NCBI RefSeq assembly: GCF_032191835.1
Contig: NC_083234.1
Span: 62,124,001-62,188,000, forward strand
DNA length: 64,000 nt
DNA from: Heteronotia binoei
Lineage: Eukaryota
Reading direction: 5' to 3'
Under the pieces are notes generated by a model, which did not search any database, was not told the DNA's origin, and was given only the letters and a program-made list of their open reading frames with translations. A program made the translations under genes and the position numbers. The first letter of the stretch is position 1; each line of letters opens with the position of its first letter. This document shows positions 1 through 10,949 of the stretch, in pieces.

Positions 1-470
1 TTCAAGTCCCAGGTTATTAACCCAGAAATTTGATGGATGAGGTTATGGATTTTTCCCCTCCCCTGCACGTAGATACTGATTATACATTTGTACTATGCTT
101 TTCTGGTTTCATTGGTAGTTGATTGTTTTAGAATTTATTATGATTTTTGATTTCTTCTTTGATTGTTGCTGCGAAAACTTATGACTCTAGGGGAAAGCAG
201 GTGATTTCTTTTAGAGAAAAAAGTAAGATATAGTTTGTTTCTGATCACATTTGGAGTGTCTTTTCTCTTATCGCTATATAGCTTAGGCTGGGTTCTGTAC
301 CTACTGGTAACACCTGCACAGGACTCTGTCCCATACATACAGTCACATGTGTTATGGGAGAAAACGTCTTTTATTTCTGAAATGATATAAACACATCACA
401 TTATGGCTGTGAGCTTGCAACCTGGACTCTCAGGGCTAGGTAAAGTGAATCTGTTCCTCTCTACCTCTGC

Positions 471-688
471 TAGGGTTGTCAACCTCCTGGTAGCGGCTGG
501 AGATCTTCCACTATTACAGCTAATCTCCAGGCAACAGAGATCAGTTCATCTGGAGAAAAGGGCCTCTTTGGAAGGTAGACTCTGTAGCATTATACCCCAT
601 CGAAGTCCTCCCCCCTCCCGAACCCTGCCCTCCTCAGGCTCCACCCCAAAATCTCCAGATATTTCCCAGCTTGGAGCTGGCAACCCTA
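471..688. mobile_element. hAT-type MITE (TAGGGTTGCCA terminal family)
   Basis: Begins tagggttgtcaacc and ends ctggcaacccta; interior shared with copies at 7535, 23205 and 31215. No TSD recognisable. Confidence 0.75.
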
Positions 689-2756
689 GCTAATTAATTA
701 TGACTTTGTGAACTTTAGCCCCTGCTGATGGCAAGCTGACAGTCTGGAGAGAGGTAGGCTTGAGGCAGAAGGTAAGTGGACTAGTTTGGAGGTGCACAAA
801 GAAGTGGAGTGACAGGTTGCTCAGACTGAAGGGAGTCTGTCTGTCTGGCTTCCCAGGGAGCATATTGCTGCCAGGAATGGCCAGTAGTACCTTTCTCCAC
901 ACCTTTCTGATGTTGTCTGGAGAGTATCTTCTCCACAGGACTTCTGGCACAAACCCCATCATGCCAAGGAAGCACCGACAACCTCCACACACATTAGAAA
1001 GGATTAGAAGTCTAGATTACAAGGTTGATTGGGCTGGCACCTAGGTGAGCTTAAGTCCCATCACATTTTCATTTTACAACATGAAGCGCTGCAACAGTTC
1101 CAATCCTGGCCACAGAAATCCTAGGATCTGTAGTTTCATGAGATGCTAGAGATCTCTAACAAAGAATTATCAGCGCCCTTCACAAATTTCAATTTTTGTA
1201 AATCCTGTGAGGACTGGGCAGGGTCTTGATAGTTGAAATCCATTTCACACTGGTTAAAATATGCAATGTATTTGACATTCTTGGTTTTAAGCGTCTTGCA
1301 GTGGGCAAAATTTGCAGTTTAAGCTACAATGAGAACTTCCTCTTTAGGTAAGGTGCCTTAGGCCATAGTAAGCTTGGTTTGAGCTGCCGAAAGAGAGAAC
1401 CTTGTACTGCAAGTGACTGAAGGACTTATTGATCTCACTGAAAAGATTGCCATGCAGTGACTGTAAGTTGTTTAGCTCAGCATCAGATCTGCAGCTCTTT
1501 TGTCCCTGATGTTACTGAGGACCAATACAGAGTGTTCACATCCTTCTTTTCCCCTTCATTCCCTCAGTTCTTTCATTCAGACTGGCCCTAGAGTACAGTG
1601 AGCATTGTCCGTGGACCCAGTTAAGAAGCCACAATGTTACTAGGGCAGCTAGTTCCTTGTGCCTTTTGCTAGGGAAGTCAGTTACTTAACCTCACCAAGG
1701 ATTTTTGTTTTTCAAACCTGTGCCAGGTAGTCTTTGGGTTTCTGATCTCTTGTTAAAATATTGTGTGGGATTAAGCAATCAGTGGATTTCCCTAGTTTCA
1801 TTTTATAATTGTCCTGAGGATGAGCTCTGCCCTGCATCCCACTCTTCTTGCATTCTGCCATAATTAGGAGTATCTTCTAAAATTAATTCCAGAACTGGAG
1901 CATAGTTTAATGTAGCTTTCACTTCCTTCAGTTCATTTGCTTCTTCCACTCCTCCAGCCCTGTTCCCTAGCGTGGTTGTTTGTTTCAAGATTCTTTTATG
2001 CAGTGTTTGTGCTCCTGAACAAAAGAACCATATTTCAGTCATACAAGATTGCTTGTTTGAAGTGTTTTGTTTAATGTCAAGGGTGGAAAGCTGTGAATGA
2101 GCTTAAATCTTTGCCAGAGTGTGCATGCACAAAGTTCTGCATAGGATTCAGAAATCAAACAAGTAGAGGAGGATCCCTAATATACCAGTTCCACACTGGA
2201 AACAAAATTGGTAATTTAAACTCCAAAATGTAGGCAGGCTTACACAGCAGTGGAGCTATTGTGTATAGCTTTGGTCAGACATTCTGAATAGCACCAATTA
2301 GTGGGGGGAGGGGAAAGCAGGAACACACACACACAAAACAAGTCCCTAGCAAACTATTTATTACCTACTATACCTGATGAGTACTTCAAGCTGTATGTGC
2401 ATAGCCTTGGCTACAGGATTGGGTTGAGGAACTGCAAGTAAATCAGCCATTATGTGTCTGATCCAGTTATGTGTGCAGAAGCTTATGTTGGAACACATAT
2501 GTTTACTTTCATTGATTAATAAAAAGGTGCATGGTTTAGAAGAGTGTGTTCATCTTCGGGGGTTCTGTGCAGCCCATGTGGGACTGTGCATGTGCAGGCT
2601 TAGTTCTTTCTGGGCTTTGGAGCACTTCCCCTCCCCACCGACGCAAGCAGGTGTTTCTCACTCAAACTATCACTTTTTGCTGCTGTAGAGAAAGGACCTC
2701 TTTCTAGTTGTTCACTGTTTTACCTCAGTGTATGGTGAGACTTGTTTCTACTTGTG

Positions 2757-4378
2757 ATGGCTCTTTTTAAAAAGTGCAGTGAATGTGGCATCAGGATGGC
2801 TCAGTGAGGTGACCATGAGCATTGTCTGATTTGCTTCAGGGAGTGCCACCCGCTTACCCTGAAGGTGCATTGAGAGATGGCTTCTGGACTAAAAGCTTTC
2901 CTATGGGAGCGAGTGCTTGGGCTCTTGGAGAAAGACTAGCACTCTCAGATGGTCAAAGAACTGGAGCCTCAGGTCCAAAGTCTCTCAGTGGAGTCAGTGT
3001 CCTCAGGATCTTTATTGGAACAGGACACATTTTTGGCTCTGAAGTCGGTTCTGGCACTGAGAAGTTTATTGGAACCTCTCTAAGAAGTCATAAGTCTAGA
3101 CCTAAAGACTCCTCTGCCAAGTGCTCTTTGCCATCATAGGCGGTTCTTAGGGTATGTTGTTCACATACTCTATCACCGCCTTGACTCTGGCAGTTAGCCC
3201 TGAGCCCTCAGACAACAATGAAACCATTGAGGTTCAGCCACTGTCTCCAGATTTGATTCAGCCTCCACCAAAAAAGAGAACGTTGGAGGCAACTAGCATT
3301 CTGATTCCATTGGTTCCCGTTTAGTGGGGCCCTCTACAAGTTCTGTGGTTTCCTTATCCAACAATGTCTTTACCTGTGTACTGGCCTGGCACCTTGCCTT
3401 GGGGATCAACAATTCTTCTTCTTTAAGCCTCCACTCCCAGCCTCAGTTCTGAGACAGGGTTCAGAATTTCCACCATGATCATTGACATCACTCTTCATTG
3501 AACCCCAGGTACCACAGGACATATTAGAAAAGAAGGAAGGAGCCGCAGATTCAGAGAGTCTGATGTGCTGTTGGAACCATTCCTTGATGAAGTGGTCAGT
3601 GAACCTGGCTCCATCTCCCCTACTAAGGACTTGCACCTTTATACCAAATAGTTCATTCACATGGTCAAGTCCCTGGAACTGGATGTGGCTTGCTCTGATC
3701 CTCAGCTATTTGATCTGGTGCTCAAAGTACTGTATTCTTCTTCATTGGGCCAGTAACTTTTCCTATGCTGCAGGGCCTGGTTGATATTGTGAAAGGAGTG
3801 TGGGCCAAGACTGCCTCAATCTCCCTTAGCGAGGAAATCAGAGACTACATATAAAGTTAAGAAGGAGGGGTGCAAATTCCTTTCTGCACACCCTGTAGCC
3901 AATTCCCTGGTGATGGAGGTTAACCCTATGAAACGTTGATCTGGGACACATGCGTCTCCTTTCAGTAAAGAAAGGAGAAAATTAGATTCCCTATGCAAAA
4001 AAATATATACCCCTGCAGCACTCTCATGATACATGGCAAATAATGCAATTATGGGGCAGTATCAAATGTTTCTTTAGAAGCACATCATTCAACACCTTAA
4101 TACCTTGTCCGAAGACAAGTGGTCCTTTGCTAAGGTTTTCCAGGCTGAGAGCATTAAGCTAGAGAATTAGCTGATGCCATGTTGTGGAGATGGCCAGTGG
4201 TGCCATGACTTTGGCTGTAGTGCTATGCATATGTTTGTGGTTTTGGACCACTGCACTATGAAATGATACCAGAGCAAAGATTGAAGGCTTGCCCTTAGAA
4301 GGCAGGGGAGTTTTTAGCACCCAAACAGAGGATGTTGGATAGAATCTGGAAAAATAAATTCACTGTTAAGACTCTAGG
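2757..4378 (+). mobile_element. DIRS-like tyrosine-recombinase retrotransposon, degraded gag/ORF1 portion
   Basis: ATG at 2757 reads MALFKKCSECGIRMAQ*GDHEHCLICF (CxxC...HxxCxxC, like DIRS gag N-termini). Downstream broken frames give FLSAHPVANSLV and ERRKLDSLCKKIY, resembling the DIRS ORF1 LAP2alpha-like region. Many stops and frameshifts. Confidence 0.6.
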
Positions 4379-6190
4379 CCAGTGGTGTTAAATGTTTGGC
4401 CTGTGGTCTAGAACCAGCCGACCCACAGCTTTAATCAGGACTGCAAGAATCAAAATGAAAATTTTAATAGATGCAAAAGAAAGAGGAGGATTTCAGTTAC
4501 CAGATTTAAAGTTATACCACGAAGCAGTATGTTTGGTATGGATAAAAGAACGAGTGACATTATTAAATAAAAAACTTTTAGCATTGGAAGGACATGGAAA
4601 TATATTTGGTTGGCACGCATATATGTATTAGGGAAAAAATAAGATGGATGGTTTTTTTTCTCATCACTATATAAGAAATTTGTTAAATACGTGGATAAAA
4701 TATAAAAAAATATGGAGATGAAAGGAAGTCGTTGTGGATCGTGCCAACAGAAATAATAAAACTATCTCCTGCGATGATTGAAGAAAAGTGGTTACCATAT
4801 AGTCAACTGTTAAAAATACAAGGCGGTAAGATAGAATTAAAAACGGCTGAAGAATTAAATAACAAATATGATTGGTTTCAAATGCAACAAATTAAGAGCT
4901 TGGTAGAAAAAAATATTAAAAATGAAGGAATAAGAAAAGAGCAAACTGAGTTGGAAAAAGTTCTGCTTGTAGATAATGATAAGTTAATTTCAAGAATATA
5001 TAAATTACTATTGAAATGGTCTACAGAAGATGAAGTAGTAAAATCGCAAATGATAAAGTGGGCAATTAACATAAATAAGGAAATACAAATGGAATCATGG
5101 GAATACTTATGGAAGAACTCTATGAAGATATTGACATGCTATAATATTAAAGAAAATTGTTTCAAAATGATGCATAGATGGTATATGACACCCCAAAAAC
5201 TGGCAAAAATGAACAATAAGGTGTCAGATAGATGTTGGAAATGTAAAAAACATGAGGGTTCTTTCTACCATATGTGGTGGACTTGTGAAAAAGCAAAACA
5301 GTTTTGGTAAATGATTCAACAAGAATCATTTTGGGCTATGAATTCAAGAAAACTCCAGAAACTTTCTTATTGGGATTACAAATGGAAAATTTTCTAAAAC
5401 AAGATAGAACAATAATTTGGTACTTACTTTCAGCTGCTAAGACATTGTATGCACAGTTGTGGAAGCAAGATAAAGTACCAGAAAAATGGGACTGGATTTT
5501 AAAAGTTATGTCTTGGAGTGAAATGGACAAACTTACAAGACTTTTAAAAGACTATGAGTTGGAGAGTTTTAAAATGGAGTGGGAGAAGTTTAGAAGATAT
5601 GTGGAAAAAGAAGAGAAAATAAAGGGACATTGGGTGATTTTTGATAATAATTGAGTTTTTTCTCTTTTTTTTTAAAAAAAGAATGAAGATGGATTATAAT
5701 AACTAAGTTGGTTTATATAGGTTTTGTTTTCTCTCTTGTAGGATGATATGTAGTTTTCTCTTTAAGGAAATTCTTTAAGTGATAAGGTTACCTTTTTTTC
5801 TCTTCTAGTATTTTAAGTAATTGACACTGGAGGGAGTCTTGATATGGGGGGAGGGGAGGATAAAATGAGTAATGTATGGGATAGGTATAGAGTGTTTTTT
5901 CTTATGTTATTAGTATTGGCTATTATTACCATACGTTACTAAATAAAATTGTTTTAACTCAAAGGACTGCAGGGCTCCTTTCTCCCCCTCCCCCTCCAGT
6001 CCTCAGCGCTTGAAGCTCTGAGGCTGACTGTTCTAGTGGCTGCTTCCCCAGGCAATACTTTCAGACAGTGCTGATGTGGGGCTCTAAACAGTCTCATCCC
6101 ATAGAGGCCAGGACCTCTCCCTGTTGGAGAAGAAGGCAAACTGCATGGAGCCCCTAATTACACTTACACATGGCCAAACTATACTGTTTT
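4379..6190. mobile_element. hAT (Charlie-like) MITE split by an L1 insertion
   Basis: Starts cagtggtgttaaatgtttggcctg, is interrupted at 4445 and resumes at 5963 after the L1 TSD. Right end approximate. Confidence 0.45.
4446..5962 (+). mobile_element. 5'-truncated L1-clade LINE (ORF2 C-terminus plus 3' UTR)
   Basis: ORF pieces 4392-4631, 4732-5310 and 5304-5654 include the RCWKC...HMWWTC zinc knuckle. Ends aaataaaattgttttaac. 9-bp TSD AGGACTGCA at 4437-4445 and 5963-5971. Confidence 0.9.
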
Positions 6191-6502
6191 TAAAACATTG
6201 GATTGAACAATGCTGTGTAGGGAGGAAGGATTCTTGTCTCCCCTGAAGCTATTTTCCTGTGGGAAATCCATGCTGTGGGGGAGTTATTGCCCTGATTTTG
6301 CTGTTCAGTGTGTAAGTTTTGTGTGGGAAAATGGCATGAGGGGAGGTAAGTGCCTTTCCTTTCCTTGCATCGCCATTCCAAGCCTGTTTGGGTTCTTTTT
6401 GTTGAAACAATTCCCCACAAGCTGGGTCTAGGGAACCCATACAGACCTCTTTAAAAACAGTAATGTTAAGTTTGGCCCGCTGATAGGTGGTATGAACAGG
6501 AA

Positions 6503-6833
6503 TAGGCATGGATCAGAAAAATGGAGGTCTGTGGAGGTTCATGAATTTCATGAACCATGAACTTCCATGGACTTTCCGCGTGGTGACCCAGGATTGGGCT
6601 CAGGAGGCATTGAAATGCCTTCTGAGCTCACTTGTGATGATTCAAACCCTCCCTGAGTGCCAACATGTCTGGCCCACAAACTGCTACAATGGACCAAATG
6701 GACCACCTAAAAAAATCATGGTCTATAGGCTGTCTATCAAAACCACAGATGCACAAACCAGGCAAATGGACCACAAACCAACCCCCGGTCCATGATGAAA
6801 TTAGGTCCATGGATCACTTCATCCCCATCCCTA
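6503..6833. mobile_element. hAT-like MITE (TAGGG/CATGG termini)
   Basis: taggcatgg ... ccatcccta ends with repeated tggacc/ggtcca subterminal motifs. GGTATGAA lies on both sides (6489-6496, 6834-6841), but the left copy is offset by 6 nt. Confidence 0.5.
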
Positions 6834-6954
6834 GGTATGAATAATTAAATCCCCCTTCTTACTTAATACTTGGGGACCACTATAGTCTATAGAGGGGGGG
6901 TTTCTGAGGTCCCCATCTGCCTTCCTTTCGTTAATGCTTTGTGTAGTTGATGGA

Positions 6955-7167
6955 ATGACATGAGTGTAGTGGTTAGAATGCTGGACCTAGGAAGCTTAGA
7001 TTCAAATCCCTACGTGAAGCTTACTGGGTTGCCTTGAACCATTCACTTTTCTCTCAGCCTAGCCTACCTCACAAGGTGGTTGTGAGGGCAAAATGGTTGA
7101 GAGGAGAAGGATGTGTGCTGCACGGTTGTGTTACACAGTGGTCCTTGGAGGAAAGGTGGGGTAAAAT
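6955..7167 (+). mobile_element. Old tRNA-derived MIR/Squam3-like SINE
   Basis: tgtagtggttagaatgctggac head and ctcagcctagcctacctcacaagg core. Confidence 0.7.
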
Positions 7168-7534
7168 ATAGGCTGGGCATGGATGATTTTTCATACCAAC
7201 AACTCTTTGGGGGCAGACACCATGAAAAAGGTTTCAAGTACATGAATGGTGCATGTGGCCTTGAGACCTCATCTGAATTTCCTGTCACATGGAAGTGATC
7301 ATCACAGTGAAGGAGGCTACTGGCAGCTAGATGTTACCACAGCTCATTCTGCATTGTCTGCATTAAATTATCTGACTATGTTGTCTCCTTGGCTTCAGCT
7401 CTTATCTCTCCTGCTTTAATTGAAAGTGCTTCTTGCATTTGTGAAGGGCATGAGGGTTGATTGACAGACAGTTCCACAGGCTTGTATTTCTGTTGACCAT
7501 TTGTAAAGAGGGTTTAATACAAGGTATTGTGTAT

Positions 7535-7733
7535 GAGGTTGTCAACTTCCAGGTAGGGCCTGGAGATCTCCCAGAATTACAACTGATCTCCAGGTGATGG
7601 AATTCAGTTCTTTGGAGAAAATGCCTGCATTGGAGGGTGGACTCTAGCGCTATATGCTGCTGATCTAACTCCCCATGCCAGGTGCCACCCCCCAAATATC
7701 CAGGAATTTCCCAGCCCAGAGTTGGCAACCCTG
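7535..7733. mobile_element. hAT-type MITE (TAGGGTTGCCA family), decayed
   Basis: ggttgtcaac ... ttggcaaccctg; interior homologous to 471-688. Confidence 0.7.
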
Positions 7734-8484
7734 TGGAGAGGAATGGGTTCACTGCCTGACACCTGTTTTGACAGCTTATTTTGGTGTGCTCACACTACTG
7801 TACTATTCATATAACTGTCTGAGAGGAGGCAGTGGAAGTTAGAGTTAGCAGTTCAGATGCCTAATAGTCCTTTCTTTGCCTTTGAGCAGATGTGTTTGCT
7901 TTGAGCAGAATTTGCCCATTGATTTTGTGTTTTTGTGCCAGTGTTTTGAACCTCTGTGGTTCAGTGTAAATACAATGGAAGGTATTGGTTTTAACATGCA
8001 CAAACCATGAGACTTAACCAAGAATCTTGTGAAGCTCAGAGCACTGTTTGATTTAGCTCAATATTCTCTACTCTGCCAGACTGCAACTCTCTAGGACAGA
8101 GCTGGCAAACTTATGGCTCTCAATCTACATCTGGTCCACGAAGGGCTTTAATCAGACCTTCAGAAATTTTCTCCCCCCTCCTTCCCCTCCTGTCTTCACC
8201 CTTTGAAGCTCCTGGGCTGCCAACAACAACACTCCCAGCTCCTTTTGCCTTGTCTTTGCCAGCTTCAGCTGGAAGCTCTTCTAGGCTTGCAAAGCTGCAA
8301 AGAAAATGCAGAATGGATTTTCCATTGAGGTCAGTGCACCCAGATAGACTGATCTGTCTGAGCCCAGAGACCTTAATGGAAAATCCATTCTGTGTTTTCC
8401 TTGTAGCGTTTTCTGTGCTGCAATGTATTTCAATGGAGTGGAGCTAAAGCAGTTTCACTTTTGCAGCATTTGTGTCCAATTGAA

Positions 8485-9412
8485 ACTCCTTGCAAATAAT
8501 GGGTTGATGCTTTGAGCCAGCCTGTCTCTGCTGAATGGACCTGAGAACTGGCGCCTAGTGAGTACTCTAACCTGGGAACCCACAGCCAAAGGGGAATATT
8601 ATACAAGAATATTGCCGGTCTGAGTAGACTCAGGGGGAGCTTGCAATGCCCATCCATCATATTTTCTTAGACTCAGAGCATTTTATATTTTTAGTTTCTG
8701 CTGTGATCCTTGTGCTTCTCCTTGATGTTTTATTTTAAAAATTACATTGCCAAATCCCACTAGCCCCACCTTTCCATTTAGAGAGCCAGTTTGGTGTAGT
8801 GGCTAAGTGCACAAACTCTTATCTGGGAGAACCGGGTTTGATTCCCCACTCCTCCACTTGCAGCTGCTGGAATGGCCTTGGGTCAGCCATAGCTCTTGCA
8901 GAGATATCCTTGAAAGGCTAGCTTCTGTGAGAGCTCTCTCAGCCCCACCTACCTCACAGGATGTCTGTTGTGGGGGAGGAAGGTAAAGGAGAATGTAAGC
9001 CGCTCTGAGACTCTAAGATTCAGAGTAAAAGGTGGGGTATAAATCCAATATCTTCATCAAAACAATATATCACAAGAGTTTTAAGCATGTTCACTTTCCA
9101 ATGTATGGCCAGTTGAAGCTGTTGCTTGTTGGAGTGGTCTCCTTGTAAATAAAGGGTTGATGCTTTTAGATGGCTTGTCTCTACTGGATGGACCAAAGAA
9201 CTGGTGCCTAGTGAGTACTCTAGCCTGGGAGCCCACAGCCAAAAGGGATATTACGCTAGAGAGCCATTGCCAATCTGAGTAGATAGGGGTTTGGTAGGGG
9301 GAGAAGCCATTTCATGTTTTCTTAGGCTCAGAGCATTTTATATTTTTAGTTTCTGCTGTGATCCTTGTGTTTTTTCTTGATGTATTATTTTAAAAATTGC
9401 ATTGCCAAATCC
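8485..9412. repeat. Diverged direct duplication (about 8485-8758 and 9138-9412) with a SINE between the copies
   Basis: Both copies run ctccttg(c/t)aaataa...cctagtgagtactcta...ctcagagcattttatatttttagtttctgctgtgatccttgtg...cattgccaaatccca. Confidence 0.85.
8781..9058 (+). mobile_element. Gecko-type tRNA-derived SINE (Squam3-like)
   Basis: gagagccagtttggtgtagtgg head with A/B-box-like motifs, ccttgaaagg insert and tataaatccaatatcttc tail; close to copies at 25709, 47788 and 49631. Confidence 0.85.
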
Positions 9413-10153
9413 CAGGTCTTTTCATAAAGCTAATTGCTTTTTCTTAGATGTAGGCATATAAAGTTGTCTTCTATTGAGTTACAAGCCCACTACTTACTAC
9501 TTAAGATCATTTACCTAGTGTTGCTGGGGTCTGAACCTGAGACCTTTTTGTGCACAAAGCAAGTGTTCTATAATCTCTGAACAGCAACTTATCTCCTTGA
9601 CTATACCATATAAACACTAAGTCCTACCAAGTTTAAACTTCCCCTTTGCTTTCATTCTGGACAGATCATTTAAAAGTAATTGTCTAAGATTACTCTCTGA
9701 AGTAACTTTTCTGGCCTGTGTATTTTCTAGCAATTTTATTTTATTTACTCTGTTTTGTTAATTTTGTATTTGCATGGTTTAAAGCTTGCCTCTGCGGCCA
9801 CCTGCTAAGCAGAGAAAAGATCTCAATGAACGATTTCTGCATACAAACACAAGAAGCTGTCTTATACGGAGTCAGATGGTTGCCTATCAAAGTCACTGTT
9901 GTCTGTTCTGGCTGGCAGGAGGTCTCCAGGATTATAAGCATGGGTCTTTTTACATCGTCTTTTGCCTGATCATTTTCATTGGCATGCAAAGCAGATGCTG
10001 TGCCACTGAGTCACAGCCATATCCCTTCCAGCTCATAGCTCATTCAAGCAATGCAATAAAGTAGAGCTAGCTTACAATTAACCTTCCATATAGTAAAACC
10101 TGTCCTTCTGAACATCTGTCAATGGCTAATGCTACTTTCCTTGTTCTCATTAG

Positions 10154-10306
10154 GTTTGCAGGTTGTCCTAAAGTCCATCATGAAGGCAATGGTACCCCTC
10201 CTTCAGATTGGGCTCCTTCTGTTCTTCGCCATTGTGATGTTTGCCATAATTGGACTGGAGTTCTACATGGGCAAGTTTCACAAAGGGTGTTTCTCCAATG
10301 AAACAG
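10154..10306 (+). CDS. CACNA1B: Cav2.2 alpha-1B coding exon (exon 5 equivalent; domain I S5)
   Basis: tag|GTTTGCAG acceptor and ACAG|gtaaga donor; 153 bp, phase 1/1. Reads (S)[50 protein letters not shown]. The combination of MVPLL and FYMGKFHK fits Cav2.2 rather than Cav2.1 (MIPLL, KFHTT) or Cav2.3 (FYSGKLH). Confidence 0.95.
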
Positions 10307-10674
10307 GTAAGATTAAGCAACACTCTTCTGGTTGCTGGTAATACCAGTTCTAAAAAGGAAAAGACTTGGGATGGAGGGGAGTGATCTGAAGAAGAATTCA
10401 AATCAGGGCTGTCATCCAGTTAAACAATTTTTAGTCAATCAATCATGTTAATTTTAATCGAAGAATCAAGAAGTCTGCATAAAGTTGTAGATTTTTTTTT
10501 GAAGCAACAGGGACACTTCCTTCATTCTCCCTCTGGGGCAGAGGACATCTTGGTGGTGGGCCATTCCCACCATCTATTCAGGAAGATAGGAATGACTTTT
10601 CTCCTTCCTGTCTGCTGGGAATCACTTGCCCTTCAGTTATATTCCTGCTCATCAAGGAGAGAAATTGAGAGTAT

Positions 10675-10920
10675 TTATTTTTATTTATTTCGTATATTTC
10701 TATTCCGCTCATTCCCTGTAGGGCTCAGTGCAGAGCACAACATATGATAAAACAATAAAATACAATAAAAATATTTTATAAACAGACAACTCAGCAGTTC
10801 TTCCCTAGATCCAACATGAGTCAGAAGGTCTTCCCCTTCCCTGAGTTTTTTGAAAAGCAGAATTGGCAAAGCCCCTGACCAATAGGCAGTTTTGAGGCTT
10901 CATTAAATTTTTTATGCCTT
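10675..10920 (-). mobile_element. L2-like LINE 3' fragment
   Basis: tttattttatttattt tail, ccgctcattccctgtagggctcagtgcag, then cagttcttccct...ccttccct...tttttgaaa, a reverse L2-type 3' end. Confidence 0.55.
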
Positions 10921-10949
10921 ACCATCATATGCTAATGGTTTTTTGTAGG

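Noticed and set aside
463-696. TSD for the first MITE
   Set aside because: Flanks acctctgc and gctaatta do not match.
8781-8860. tRNA genes at SINE heads (also 25920, 38121, 49631, 63010)
   Set aside because: No cloverleaf; each continues into a SINE body and tail, several with TSDs.
1-10153. Preceding exon encoding IS4 (LRAVRVLRPLKLVSGIP), and the following exon (EFAKERERVENRR) after 59963
   Set aside because: Not found by eye in either interval; presumably outside the window.
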